Part shown: piece after piece, positions 11,534 to 26,800 of the stretch
Layout of the letters: the number at the start of each line of letters is the position of its first letter
How positions within the stretch are numbered: position 1 is the stretch's first letter
Origin: Octopus vulgaris
Lineage: Eukaryota
Reading direction: 5' to 3'
Assembly: GCA_951406725.2 (NCBI GenBank)
Contig: OX597815.1
Coordinates: forward strand, 79,360,001-79,424,000
Length of the DNA: 64,000 nucleotides
The notes under the pieces: model-generated
The model's database searches: none
Told to the model about the DNA's origin: nothing
What the model saw: only the letters and a program-made list of their open reading frames with translations
Program-made: the position numbers and the translations under genes

Positions 11534-12329
11534 TACAACTCATCTACTTCGAATGCACATATATGCACATGCATGCAGGCACTAATATCCTATTGAAATA
11601 AGTTGCAGAAATACAAACATACTAAATACCAAGTTAACAAAGTGAAAATATATCTGAAATACAGAACTTGAAAGTAATACTGAATTTTTTTTATTCGATG
11701 TCTTTACTTGCAGACTTACTCGCAGAGAGAAACTTGGAATATTATACAAACACACACACGTGTGTGTGAGTATACAAATGTGTATGCATACGTACATACA
11801 TATATACACACACACACACACATACATATGTATGTGTTGTCATATGCACACACACACACACACACACACCAACATGTGTGTGTGTGTGTGTGTGAAATAT
11901 CTATAGAATAGAAATGGATCTCTGTCAGTTTCAAGAATGTTCTGTTATTGGAGCAGCTGAACTACCTTTATTGAAATAGACATGACAATTCAATGAGAAA
12001 AAAGTCAAGATAATTGAACAGAACATTTCTGAAACAGAAAGAAAGCCATTACTATTTTATAAATATTTTACTTATATATGAATGTGTGTATGTGTGTAAT
12101 TCCAAGCTCTCATCTAGCTTACTACTCCAAGTTTCTCACTGGGAGGTCTACAAATGAAGACATCTGACATTGAGAAATGCAGAATTAAGAATACTTTCCA
12201 AGTTCTCGATTTTAAATACTTGTAGAGTACTCAATGGACATATGTAACCTTAACATAATCCCCAGGAACAATCAGTGTGCCAAAGCTTGACCTTTTAATT
12301 ACAAGTGCAATCATCCACAAATATATATA

Positions 12330-13978
12330 TGAGGGACCAGCTATCCAAATTGACAGTACCTTGGTAAATAAAGCAATTAAGGCTATGAAGACAGGGAAAG
12401 CCCCTGGCCCATCAGTAATCACCAGTGAGATGCTTAAAATACCAGGTGGTGTAGGCTATGGTCTAGTCACCCGTATAGTCAACAAGGTGATACATGAAGG
12501 AGTCATACCCTTATCCCTTATCTGGTGGTCAATGCAGAAACTAGTAGATGAGTGGTTAATGAAAGCTGTACAAGCCTCCAGGCAATAACAGAGGAATTCA
12601 AGACAAGCTGTTCTTGAGAGGTCCTCTATGCTGATGACCTTGCTCATATAGATGAATCACTACCAGAACTAGAGAAGTTTCAGGTGTGGAAGCAATGTCT
12701 AGAATCAAAGGGCCTTAGAGTTAAAAAACCCCAAAAAGCTTAGTAAGTAGGAAGGTGGACAAATCACAAATCCTTTCAGGTAGATGGCCCTGCTCAATAT
12801 ATAGAAAAGGCATAGGTAGAAACTCCAAGAGATGTAAGCTATGGACACATAAGAGGTGCAGCAATATCAGAGGAAGGTTAACAAGGAAGATAGTTTTTGT
12901 GTGTTGAAGGTGCACAGGTATAATAAACACCAAAAACGTACAGATAATAGATTCTATCAAATGCCAGTGGGAAAAACTAGAAGTAGTTGATAGCTTCTAT
13001 CACCGAGGTAACCAAGTCAGTAGTAGGGGTGGATGCTCTGAGAGCATAGCTGCTACAATAAGAATAGGCTGGGCAAAGTTCAGAGAGCTCCTACTCTGTT
13101 GGTAACAAAGGGCTTCTTGCTCAGAGTGAAAGGCAGACTGTGTGATGCCTGTATGTGAACAGCCATGCTATACGGCAATGAAACATGGGCTGTGACTGCT
13201 GAGGACATGTGTGGGCTTGTAAGAAATGAAGCTAGCATACTTCACTGGCTGTGTAATGTCAGTGTACATGCACGACAGTGTGTAAGCATCCTGGGAAAAA
13301 TGTTGGACTTAAAAAGCATCAGATGTGATGTGCAAGAGAGATGACTGCGCTGATATGGTCATGTGATATGTATGGATGAAAACAGCTGTGTGAAGAAGTG
13401 CCGCACTCTAACAATGGCGAGAACTTGTGGAAGAGGTAAACCCAGAACGATATGGGACGAGGTGGTGAAGTATGATCTTCAAATGTTGGGCCTCACAGAG
13501 GCAATGACAAGCAACCAAGACCTTTGGAGATATGCCGTGCTTGAGAAGACCTGTCAAGCCATGTGAGATCGTAGTCATGGCTGATGCCAGTGTCATTTAA
13601 CTGGTCAGTTAAAAGCACCCTTCAATTGTTGGGTAATATGCTGTGCTTGTGAAGGCCTGTTGTACTGAGTGAAATTGTAGTTGTGGCTGATGCCCATGCT
13701 GGTGGCACATAAAAAGCACCATTCAAGCAGTGAACGTCATGGAAGCAGTGACAGGTGACCAAAACCCTTGGTGATATACCATGCTTGTGTTGACCTGTAT
13801 TGACCTTGTGTTGACCAGTGGCAGGTCAATGGCACCCGTGCCAGAGGCATGAAAGAAGCACCCACTACACTTGCCATATCAGATTGGAATCTGGTGTAGC
13901 CCCACCAGTTTTCAATCAAACCACTCAACCCATGCCAGCATGGAAAGTGGACATTGAAGTAAAATGATGATGATGATG
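12330..13978 (+). mobile_element. RTE-clade LINE remnant (RT to 3' UTR, (GAT)n tail)
   Basis: Fragments KAMKTGKAPGPSVITSEMLK, LYADDL, AMLYGNETWAVT and GRGKPRTIWDEVVK with many stops and frameshifts. The 3' end is shared with SINE family C. Confidence 0.85.
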
Positions 13979-14237
13979 GGGTATGTGTGTGAGTGTGTAT
14001 ATGTATACAGTAATCCCCCAACTATTGCAGGTGTTATGTTCCAAAACACCCCACAATAGGTGAAAATCCACAAAGCAGAAACAGTACTACACTGTATATT
14101 TTTATTATTTTTATAATTTGTCTATATTTATTTTATTATAAATACCAAACAAGACCACAGAGGAATCAGCGTAAGCTTAAATAATAAACCGCGATTGGTA
14201 AGGGATTACTATATATATATACACACACACACACACA

Positions 14238-14873
14238 TACAAGGTGTGATCAATAAGTATCTGGACTGTTGCCATAGTAACAAAGCTAAAACATGCAGAG
14301 TGAAGCCATTTGGGACAGATTAACCTTGGACTCTGCTGTGCATGTGCACTAAGTATTAATGTTCACAACCAGCAGAACTGAGAAAAACATTGCAGAAATG
14401 TATGCAGCTGTGAGAGGAAATCGTTGAATCACCATCCATGAGTTATCAGAGGATGTGTAGATTAATTATGGTTCAGTTCAGTATCACTGAAAATTTGGGT
14501 ATGAGATGCGTATCTGCCAAAACTGCTTTCAGCTGACCAAAAAGACATTCAGGTTTCAGTCCTGCAAGAGCTCCTTGACTGTGTTGAGAATGATGAAAAT
14601 TTAAAAAAAAATATTGTGTAGGTCTCTGAGCAAGTATCACCAAGTTTTTGGCAAAATTTGATGCACACTCTCTGCTCAACCTTTGTCATGGTCAATATGA
14701 CAATCACATGTTACACACCTTCCTTCCAAGCACTGCTGTAAACAGCAGAAGTGAGCTGGAACTTTAAAACTTAGTGCGAATGCATAGCAGAGTTCAAGGT
14801 CAATCTGTGCCAAGTGGCTTCACTATGCATGCTTTAACTTCATTACTATGGCAACAGTCTGGATACTTATTGG
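14238..14873. mobile_element. Non-autonomous mariner-like element with ~120 bp terminal inverted repeats
   Basis: CAATAAGTATCTGGACTGTTGCCATAGTAA...GCACTAAGT is mirrored by ACTTAGTGC...TTACTATGGCAACAGTCTGGATACTTATTG. Internal transposase debris (ENLGMRCVSAK); the right outer end is truncated. Confidence 0.8.
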
Positions 14874-14902
14874 TAAGTAGGTAGATATGTATGTATGTAT
14901 GT

Positions 14903-14934
<32 letters not shown>

Positions 14935-16433
14935 ACACACACACATATATATATATATATTTATTTATACATACATACAAACAAACAAAAGACTTCTTTC
15001 AGTTTCTGTCTACCACATCTACTCATAAGGCTTTAGCAGCCTGGGGATAGAGTAGAAGACACTTACCCAAGCTGCACACACATACATACAACAGATATTT
15101 GCATACATGCAATTAAAACATATGCTCTTTTCTTAAGAAACATATTTGAAGTGAAATATATTTCCATCATAATCACTCGCGTAATTTAGAAAGTCAATAA
15201 GGGTCGAAATAGAAGAAAAAATAAATAAAATATAACGAACATAAAAAGCAAAAGTAAAATTACAACAGAGGAAAAGTAAAAAAAAATGCATTATGAAGCA
15301 TATTTAGATAACAAAGAAATGTAAATATATATTGTGTCTATTTTTGTCTTAACATCTGTTTTTCCATGCTGGCATGGGTTGGACAAACACTCTTTGAGGA
15401 AGTACTTTTCAACCAAGTCCTCCTTCTGCCAGCAATCCTTAACATTTTTTAAGCAAGGAATTTTTCATTCTGCTGGTCATTGAAAGTGCAGAGCCATTAG
15501 ATGCATAGTTTACATGGAGTGTAAATGTTCAAACAAACACTCAAAATTGAACATAAACACACCATTATCATCCTCACTGTTTTGATGCCTACTTTAATGT
15601 GCTTGCTTAAGTTAGATGAGACTACTTTGGGACAGAGTTTTCTCCAGCCTGATACCTTTCTTGATGCCAACCAATGCCTGTCTCCATACAGATAGTCCAG
15701 ACATAGGTACATGGAAATCTGGAAACAACAGGCACTGTTTAAATGAGTCTTGTGATTACAAAGACCACACAACAAGTCAAAATATGGCAAGAAACCTGGA
15801 GGTGCTTTCATAGGGGGCTGCAAGCAAAACAACTCATCTGTATGAACAGTGATGCATTTGTTTACAAGCAGTGAGCACACGTGGAAATGAAGGGAATATT
15901 AACTCAGCCACAAAAACATAAAACCACATACACTCACACACATATATTATTAGGTCTTTTAAATTCTATCAGTTTCATTCATGTGGTATTAGTCAACCTG
16001 CAATTATAGTACAGGACATTGGCCAACAGTTGCAATCAGACATAAACACCTTTGACCCCTTCACCTTTGTCTATGGTAGGAAGGGAGAGAGGAATGCATC
16101 AGTACCCAGCTGGTACTCATTGTAGCTGAGTTAACAATAGCAACATGAAATCTAGTGCCTTCCTTTCGCAAGTTCACAAAATGCCATCTGACATAGATAC
16201 TGAACCCACAAGCTTATGATCATGTCAAACACTCTTGCCATTAGGCCATGTACATACGTCCCTTTCACTCCAAAATGGAGACAAACATCAATATTCTATG
16301 TGGTAAGCTTGATAATTGTTAAGGGCTTCCTGAACACATGAAACCAATGGTAGCCTTAATCCACAAACAAAGAATCTTTATCCACCAATACGGTGTTAAG
16401 CACTCATTCATATTGATATTTATGTATGTGTGT

Positions 16434-16487
<54 letters not shown>

Positions 16488-16739
16488 TAACATCACTATA
16501 CATATATGTATATCTGTGATTGCAAGTTTTCCCAGCAAGTTTTTCTTTTCTTTATAAATTGTGAAGAACTCTTACCATGAAGCTAATTTCTGAGAACAAA
16601 TTACAAAATTTGTAAAAGAAACTATAACTGAAAATTGTGATATGTATGTCTTTCTCAAAGAGCGATAAAAGCATAAATATAATGACCTCAACTTAGAATC
16701 AAAACTATGACAGGTAGTTTACTGTTCAGCCATAATGCC

Positions 16740-16808
16740 AATAATAATAGTAATAATAATAATAATTAACAATAATAATAGTAATAATAATAATAATTAA
16801 CAATAATA

Positions 16809-16848
<40 letters not shown>

Positions 16849-17220
16849 TAATATTGATGATGGTACTTACACCCACCTCCATTTGAGAAAAATCAAAATG
16901 CAAAGACTCTGTAGCACTTTAGCATACAGATTATTCATACAACAACAAATTTAACATGTTTTTTTTCTTTTTTTCATAAAACAGACAACAATAGAGTTCT
17001 GGTAATTGAAAAAGCCAATACCTGACAATTATAATGCTACTAGAAATGTGCTAAAAAGCTCAAGAATTATACCTAGCTCGGTTATTGAATAATAGTCATT
17101 ATTACATGAAAAATGAAAATCTGTATGCCATTATATTAGCAATTGGCACAACTGGAATGTAACACAATCACTTCTGAACAATACTGGCAACTCAACAAAA
17201 AGTTGCAGCTACAAGTGCAA
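16740..17220 (+). mobile_element. (TAA)n array followed by a highly decayed RLE-domain (Dong/R4-like) fragment
   Basis: (TAA)n with 30 bp higher-order units at 16740-16850, then debris resembling ENxNxKxLWDFxIQ, IPDNYN, AIGTTG and QKVA. Confidence 0.45.
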
Positions 17221-17231
17221 GTTCCAAAAGT

Positions 17232-17268
<37 letters not shown>

Positions 17269-17679
17269 GTTTTGAACTTATTTTAAAATAATCATTTTCC
17301 AGAATATTGATTTAGTGTTTTTGATACTGGCATAGCTGGGGCTACCTCTGGTTCTATGAATCAAAGCCTCTTAGAGTAAAGAGTTCCTATTTAAATAAGA
17401 AATTTTTATTATATTTTTATGTATGAATCTTGTGTTATGTCTGAATCACTGGCTGAATAACGAAAAGAATTAGCAATTTTGGTAAATCTCTCCAAATATT
17501 TTAGTAATTTCCAAATAAATTTCAACACATGGGCTGCATATTTCAAGAGGAAAATGGTTAAGCCTTGACTATTTGATCATTTTAATATACTTCTAATAAA
17601 ACATAGTTCATTCTTTGTGAGATATACAGAAGGAAAATATTGATGTATATCTATAATCATGAAGAAAGTTAATGTTTAC

Positions 17680-18315
17680 TAATCTGGAACAAGGCTTGCA
17701 TTTTAAGAAGTAGAGGCAGACTAGATTAATCAAAGCCAGTACTTCGGTGGCATTTATTTTATCAACCCCATAGAAATGAAAGGTATAGTCAATACCTGTG
17801 TAGTACTTGAACCCAAAATGTAGTGAGGCATAACTAAAAACTGTAAGACAGTAGGACCAACACACTACTGATTCTTCTACTCCTTTGCATTTGAGTAGAG
17901 TTAATGGTTATTTTTTATATAAGTAAGGGCCACAACTTTATGGAGAAAAAAGTATAGCTAAAATGAATCAATCCAACACGGTATGTTATTACTCTGGACA
18001 GGCAAAAAACAAAGTCAACCTTAAAATGGTTTGAATTCAAAGCATAAAGAATCAAATAAAATAAATACCACAAGTTATTTAGTTAAACACCCTATTATTT
18101 TGTTACTCCACTACATTCATAAAATTGATAATAATGATTTCTTATACAAGATCACAAATTTTAGGAACGGGTGAATACTTTAACTGATAGCTAATTTATC
18201 AAACCCTGAAGGAGAAAAAGCAAAGCCAACCTTAGTAGGGTTTAAACTCAGAGAGTAAAATGACAACTAAATTCTGCAAGGCATTCCATCTTGTACCCCA
18301 CTGATCCTGCTATCA
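17680..18315 (-). mobile_element. Cluster of old SINE family B-like copies
   Basis: Three degenerate units with AAAGTCAACC...TTGAAC/TTTAAACTCAG motifs. Confidence 0.5.
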
Positions 18316-18809
18316 TTTAATAAAAATTTTAAAGTAAATGAGCTTTCCTTGAATAAAGTTTTAAAAAATTAGTAAATAAAGTCTTATTGTCTGGTGAAAA
18401 AAGAAAATTCCACTTTAATTGAGAGTAAATGTAGGTGAAGGACAAGAAAATCTCAAACTGATGGTACAGTTCTGTTGAAGAGAAAGACAGAGATGAAAGA
18501 GAGAAGGAGAGAGGAGAGTGCAGGAGATATGCATGGATGCAAAGCAATATTTTATAAAGATCATTTCCAGAAGCTGAGCTGTAGCCAGTAAAATACCAGA
18601 TAGAGAGAAATGAAGAGAGATAGAAAGAGAGAGAGAGAGAGAGGGGGGAAGAGACAGACAGAGACTTTAATCAAAATAAAATGAAAACCGATCTTGAAAG
18701 CAATTCCAATCAGATATATAGTGTTTTGCAAAGAATACTTGTCAGATTTGTAAAGAGAATATTTTGCTATCAGCTTTGAGAAATGAATTCTACACATGGA
18801 AATTAAAAC

Positions 18810-18841
<32 letters not shown>

Positions 18842-20489
18842 AATAAAAAGTAGGAAAAGGGGAGAGATGATAAACAGGCACATGCAGCAATCTTTATATA
18901 TATATATGCATGCATAGAAGCATCCCTACAGACAATCTTGTTTAGACTACATACATACACGTATATACACAACATCATACAGACCAAGTCAGCTGCAATA
19001 GACAGACACCTCCTTTTTCTTGTGATGGTACTTCATATATATATATATAAATATATCTTGTTTTATTTTTGTCCTTTACATTATATAAATGAGTATATAT
19101 ATTATTATTTTCTTTTTTACTTTTGCTTAATGGATGACAGCTAATCCCTTAAACAACGTCACAGGAAGAAAAGTTCTCTCGCTTTATATACATATACACG
19201 CATATATATGCATATTATATGATAAAAATTATTAAATAAGTTTAAATATATATATAAGCATTTCTCCAAGATTAATATTGTTGGAATTAAAAAAACACTT
19301 TAAGCTAATATAATTATACAAATCCTTCATTAACAATAATGTATAACATAATAATTCAGGCAAAAACTATTCTGGAAAACTTATGTTGTACTTTGGTTAT
19401 TGGAGAGGTGTTGAACACACAGGCATACGTACATAAATATTGATAGATACCTTTCACACACTAAGCACTAAAGTCTATCACAAGGTTAAAAAACCCAAAA
19501 ACCAATGTGAATTGAAATATGACTTACTCTATATAGATGCAAAAATAATAATGCTTTTTGTGGTTTATAGATGATTTCAACTAAGGATTATTCTTGCCCA
19601 TTCCCATTTACAAAGAAATATCTAATATATATATATATATATATAGATACACAAATACACAAACATCCATACTCTTCTTGACTTGACAGCACATAGTGCT
19701 ATGTGTCTCCATCTGTTACATGGGAGACTAGACTTAATTCACTACTAAACTGATCATATAATGTTATATATGGGGCAAATGGTCATAACAAGCTGCAAAG
19801 ATTAGTGTTGGACTAATGCTAACACGACTGTCTGTTCAAATCTTACAGCAAGCACTGCTTTATAATCCTGAGTAAGGCACATTATTTAACTGGCTGACAT
19901 AAAAAATAAAAAGAAACTCATTCCATTTTTATAATGGAATAGTTAACAGTTGTAAGAGTAGCTATATGTAAAATAATTGTTCCATTCCCTACTTGAACTA
20001 GTATAGAAAAACAGATGTGAACTAGTGATTATGCATGCATGTATGTATGTGTGTGTGTATGTATGTATGTATGTGTATCTATGTATCATACATAATGTGT
20101 ATACACTGATAGGCCAGTTGCATGGCATTTATCCTGAAATAACATCTGTTATGGACGTGTATTAAGAACAAATATAGGAGGGAAACTAAAGAATCACTCA
20201 CAGACATGAATACCCAACTCTTAATGTAATTCTTAAGTATAATCAGCTTGATAATAAGCCTGTACCTTTCAAACTACAGATACAATCTACCCAACAAGCT
20301 TCTACACAGTTTCCAATTTCATTTACAAGGTATGACTACAGAAAATAACATTTGCCCAAGATGCCATGCTGTAAGACTGAACCTAGAACCATGTGGTTGT
20401 GAAGCAAACATCTTAACCACTTGGCCATACTGCACCTACACACACACAAAGACACATACACGTGTGTGCACATACACACCTATCTTTTA

Positions 20490-20880
20490 CAGGTTTTGGT
20501 CATTGGACTGTGACCATGCTGGGGCATGAGCTTGGAGGGTTTAGTCAAACAAACCAACCCCAGTACTTGCTTTTTTTTTCAAGCCTAATTCTTATTCTAT
20601 TGGTCACTTTTTGATGACCAGCTAATTTACAGGGACATAAACAAACCAACACTGGCTATCAAGTGGTGGTGGGAAAGAAACACTCAGACAAGGACACATA
20701 CATAGGTGTGTGTATATATATATATATATATATGATGGATTTCTTTCAATTTCCATCTACCAAATCCACTCACAAGGCTTTGGTTAGCCCAGGGCTATAA
20801 TGAAAGGCTCTTGCCTAAGCTGCCATGCAATAGGACTGAACCCAGAACCATATGGTTGGGGATACCACACACCTATGCCT
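20490..20880 (-). mobile_element. SINE family A copy with internal microsatellite
   Basis: CTACCAAATCCACTCACAAGGCTTTGG...GGACTGAACCCAGAACCATATGGTTGGG; same layout as 37986-38322. Confidence 0.75.
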
Positions 20881-23800
20881 ACAGAAAAATGTATAAATTA
20901 ATGGCTAGGAGTTTTAACGAGTAAATGAGGGGACTCACACCATATGCCTATTGCTTGCTGAGTTAATGTGCTATCAATTACATCACAATGAATATACCTC
21001 TCCTTGAGATATATAAATCTTTCTCCTGTACTTTTACTAAACTTCTCAATCTCCACAAGAACCATGGCTGTTTCACAAACACACACACACAATGAACTAA
21101 AATGAATGATTACTTGAAGACAGAGACATCCGTTCATTTGCTTTTCATCTATATTTCTGTGCTAGCATGGGTTAGATGAATGCACATTATTGATATTATT
21201 AAAGCAGTGCAGAGTTACTGAATGATTTGTTGACAAAGAAATGTCAACAAATATTATGTCAGTAGCCTGGTGGCATTTTACGTGAAGCATAATATTATAC
21301 ACACACACATAATGAGCCAATGTTCAGCATGATTAACTGATTGATGATTTTCAATATAGTTAACCATAACAAAGTGAGCTAAGTGTATGTATTGAGTTAC
21401 CAGCTGTAGGGATGCAAGCATTGTGGGATGAAGAGTTCTCTCTGCTCTATAATTTATATTTCTGCTCCCTTGAGTCAATAGTTTTTACAGTAGTTTATGA
21501 AGTTATATATCTTTTCTATGATAGAGTAAAAATGGATGGTTTATTCTGAAGTGCTGAACATTCTAGATGGGTTCACTCTACTATGGCTAAAGAAATTGTC
21601 TCTTCTCAGTTAGTCTCATTTAGGAATTGGAAGAATGGAGGTGAAGAAAATGGGATACAATTTGGGGATATTGTATAGCAGTTGCACAATGGAAGCAAGA
21701 GATTATTATGATTGGCTATATTACATTGTAACAACAGTGAAGTGAGTGGGGAATGTGAATATTGAAATACTCAACAAGAGGTATATTAGCACGCATACTT
21801 TATGAAGTAGAATGGAAACAGGTAAAATATCTCAGAACGTAATCAACTAATATTGAACAGACATTAAATATACCAAATGAGTGATGAGTGAAAAAGTGCC
21901 ATGTGTTGACAATGGAGGGTAATTGTGAGGGAGAGAACTTGGCGAGACATGAGAAGTGGTATGGGTTCTCAGTATATTAAACTACAAATATTTGACAGTA
22001 AAAGATGAAAGTGAGTTTTAATATGCTTTACAGCTGACCCATCTAACCCATGTCATCAAGGAAATATGGAATTTTATGAGGATAATGATATGTGTAGAAA
22101 TATGGCAATTAAAGATATTTGAAAATGTTGTTTATCACTAATGGTTATAACTAAAAGAAGTTACTCTTGGTAATAACTCATCTAAAAAATACAGAAATGT
22201 AAGTAATTTCAATCTTAGGGTCTGGAGTAAAGTTTAAACCATTTGCTCAACATTTACTATGACAATTGTTGTTGTTACTGTAAAACAAATACAATCAACT
22301 CTTGGTTTGATATATAGTGAGAATCATCAACTACCATATCGCAGACCCTATGGGACACCGGATATACATGACTTCAGTATGTTCTGAAACTACACTGCAC
22401 AAATTCTGTCATGTAAGTGATTGGTTCCAAAGAGGTTTAATACATGAACATTGTGGCCCATGCTTTGTTCTGTATGGATGACCTACTTTTGTACCTCCAG
22501 GTTAGTTATACATTGAGGTTAGAAAGAGAAATAACTAACTTTTGGGGTGGGGTGTAGAGAGAGTTCTTTCTTCTTCAACAAAAGCCTTGTCTGAAATATT
22601 AGCCTTGCTATACATTAGTCTCCTTATGTCTGTTTCATTTTGCCTCAGGAAATAGTTTCCAGTTTTCGTTACATACTTTGAGGTCAAGTAATTAGCTTTG
22701 GAGACACTGTAAATATTACTTGTTCAGATATCTTAAAAACAATAATTTACATACAAATAATAAGGATTATCATATTGCATTCCATATTTGTCATGGAATT
22801 TTCTTTAGTATTTCAGTGAGTGTATATGAAAGAGGACACTAACAGGATAATAAAAGAATGTGTGTGTGTTTGCATGTTTGAACACAGCTATGTGTATAAG
22901 AGCAATTATGTGTCACATCATATATTTCTGATGAGAGGTGGATCAGATTTTATTAAAAATTTATGTAAACAGCTTGGTAAAAAGACAGTTTTTTCTATTT
23001 CTAAAGAAAACATTTAATGGCTTCCAATTTAATTAACTATTAAAGACAAAAAGTTGTGTCTTTCGTCCCAGTTAATATTTCACTGCTAATAAGCAAGAAA
23101 ATATAATTCATTTAAAATTTCATAAAATTATTCAATAGCCAAAAGAATTTATACATGTTAGAAATCATTTCACATTCAGGTTTAAACAGTTTACTTAGAA
23201 TTGTATTTTTGATATTTTATATCATCTTCATTATTATTACTAACAAAATCTAAATTTCTATATGCATTACAAACATGGTCTGGATGGATCTGCAATTAAG
23301 TATTTTCGCGGGCTTCTTGACCCCTGTCTGAGAGACCCAACATGGTCAGGTTTCATCTAGTCCCTTCGTTTGAAGTCTTTCTTTGTTAACTTCTAACATA
23401 TATTTCATCATTAACATATAGCACTCTTTTACAGGACACATATTGTAGCAGACATTTACATTACATCTCTACACCACTTTAATTATTGCTTTTGCCTGCA
23501 GAAACAATGCCATTCATACTATAGTGTTTTAATTAAACTTAATTTTCACACGTAGTGTTTGCTAAAGCCTTAGATTTATCCTGCAGACACTTTCACACCA
23601 AAACAACATGCTGCTTCATGCAACAGTTATTTATTAATGCTATGATACTCAGATACTTACTCCTGTATATATTAATAAAAAAAAGCATGAACATTACATA
23701 GCTATTGTAGCATGCTACAACTACTATTCATTGATTCTTTCAATCATTCATTTCTAAATATCTAAAAATAACAAGTCTTTAGAACTGTCTAGAATTAGAT

Positions 23801-26800
23801 CTTCACTAAATTAGGTTATATTAACATATTAGTAAGATTGATAAAGCAAAGTAGTTAGAAGTAGCATGTGTCTCCTACTAACCTAAAAATTATATTGAAA
23901 AATTCATGTATACTATTTATATATTCTTCTTGTCTTTACATTCATTGTCATCTATCTGAACAAATATAACCAAAAACTAACTTAAAAAAGCTTAAAGTCT
24001 AAATAAGCTGCTGATAATCATATAACAACTAGATAAAGAAAAAAGAAAATGATAATTATATGTATTCTTTCTCTTTTATCATGATTAATATCAGCATTTT
24101 GAACTTTGAATTTCATTGAATAACTCTTTTCAAATAAAGTTGAGCAATCTTTTAGTTCAGAATTAACTGTTTGGACACACTAGAAATGTGCATTAGCCAA
24201 TGCAGTGTTTGTTATGTTTTTTTTTAAACAACTTTTGTAAGTGAAACCTATCTGGTCTAAATTCTGGCACAATTTATGCACCAAGATGGAAAATAACACC
24301 AACAGTGGTCTAGATTTCCACTTATCATAGACGAAGACTGGGTTTGTCCAAAGTTTACTGCTTGATATTATCCTAATTATTATACATAATTTCTTCTCAT
24401 GCTTAAGATAGTTGAGATTTATTTCAAAGTAATTTTAGTTGAAATTAATGTAGATGTCTGTTTATTAGTAGCAGAATAGTTTCTTAAATTTCCACTAGCA
24501 CTATATCATATCAGGTCAAAAGCCTGACAAGATATTTACACTTTGATTAAATTTGGGAATCGATCATGCAAAGATTTAAGATCAGATAAGATGTGTGACA
24601 GTGGTATACTTATGAAAACAGTTAAAAAGTAGAACAAAGACTATTAAATGATCATTTGTATTTTTGATTAGCTAATTCTGGGCTATAAGTTTGCTCAATT
24701 TATGGATTATTTTAAGTATATTCCTTTTAGGTAGCAGCTTTTCTAAAGTCTCATTCCACAATATGAATAAAATATAAGCTGCTACTTCATAAACCAACAA
24801 ACTATCTAGGCTGGAACCCACTTCCCATTATAAACATACATTTCTTTGAATTTTGAGTCAATTTAACTTTCAACAGTTTACAATAATGAAGAATGGAAAA
24901 GAATCATTCATAAGACAAGCTATTTGTGATAGATTAGGATATTATCCAGTGAGAAGTTTACCACTCATCTCTCAATGACAAACAAAAATCAAGTACCACT
25001 TGTATGGACTATTGTAATTTATTAAAGTACTAATTTCAATAAAGGTCTTGACTACCAATCAAATTGAAGGTTAAACTTTCCTTTATCTAGTATAAAATGC
25101 CTCTTAAGCAATAAAAGTTATTCCAGTTTCATGGCATGCAGTAGATGAGATATATATCTCCTGAACAGGACACCATTCTGTTACAGATTTAAAATCTCAG
25201 ATGGTCAAGTATTTCCAACAGCTAAATAAACCAAAACAATGTAGAATAAGCTGTTCTGTCCAGAAATATAATGGAATATCTAAAGCAAGTTTTGAACTCA
25301 TGAACCCAGGGCAAGCAGCCCAATTCCTAACTAATTCAACTATTTCATTTCTATAATTCCTTAACCTGTGAAGCAACATCATCCTCATTTATTAACATCC
25401 ATCTTTCACAATGGCATGGATTGGATAATTTGATAAGACCCAATGGGTCCAGGACTGTAATGGACTCAAATGTCTGCATTGGAATGGTTTCTAAGGTTTG
25501 ATGCTCTTCCTAAAACCAGCCACTTACTGACTGATTTTTTTTTGCCTATGTTACAACCTTTAAAAAAAAGAATACCAATTATTTGTTTTCATTTCAAAAA
25601 CACTGTTCTAACACAACTATTTTTAATTCAAAATCTAACAGATAGTAAAGTAAGTCATCACCATATTGCTAAATATCAAACTCACTCTACATTGCATTCC
25701 ATTTTAATTAAATTTAGTTAATTAAAATCTTAGAGTGTCTCCCAATTCCTTTTTCATGAGAATTAGAAACTTAGAAAATGAGCATTCCCATTATTAAAGA
25801 TGTAATTTCACTTAGAACTTCTTGGCTTACATCAAGTAAGCTAATACCACTTTATATCAGAAATCATTTAACTTTTGTACTTTAATGTAGGAGCTAGTAT
25901 ATTTGTACTTGATAATAATAATATAAGTTTTATCAACTGATCTTAGTGAAATTGATAAAACTAAGCTGAAAGGTTGCTTGATAAATTTCTTCACAAGTAA
26001 AATTCTATTTAATTAAAGGTATCTAGACAGCATTTTGTTTAACAAAAGCCAACTAGCTGGCTATTAAAGATTTATTTATTGACCAGAGATTGAAGTTCTA
26101 TTTCTGTTAGAACGTTTGATGTGAAATATATATCTAATCACACAGCCACATAGCACGTATTTACCGTTGATTCCTGAGGCAAGACAGCTTGGACTTAAAC
26201 AAATTTGTCTTTCAATTTTTTTCTTTCACTGAGGTCATTTGTACTTCATCAAGAAGACACGAAATAACTAATACCTGCCTCAATGAACATGAGGGGAATA
26301 TTAATTTACTTATAAATGTTGATAAAAGATAGCACATACACAAACAATGGGAGCCAAGTAATTTTCTACATGGTCAGTCAACCAGCAAAAAATAAAAGTA
26401 GATTCCTCTCAAAATCACCCCTTACAACAATGCATAATGTTGTCTATGAAAAAATACACAAGGGTAGTTATGACTAGAATATTTTTGATCATAAGGCCAA
26501 CTTAAAGCTGAACAACAAAAATATACATTTACTTATAAGTATGAGAGAATGATGAATGATTGATTCAAATCTCTCAGTTTGTGATATGGGATTGTTAAGT
26601 AAAATACTCAAATTCATTTTTATTTTATTGAATTTTGAAGTTTTCATCTCTCTCCCTATATCATATTTCAGGTAAATTACATAATTATACTATCTTAATT
26701 CAATAAAGAACACCTCATTTTGTTTCATTATGAGCTTCCTGTAGTAACATATCATCATCTCAGTTTTATTTCATGCTAGCATGGGTTGAATAAAAGAGAC

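Noticed and set aside
23265-23395. Minus-strand peptide ...RQGSRSPRK... resembling vertebrate CLINT1 RGRSPK
   Set aside because: No phase-2 acceptor leads into this frame (both nearby AGs give immediate stops), and the similarity is too short.
26165-26245. Candidate next CLINT1 exon (phase-2 acceptor, GTAAAT donor)
   Set aside because: The phase-compatible frame stops after ~16 codons and shows no CLINT1 similarity.
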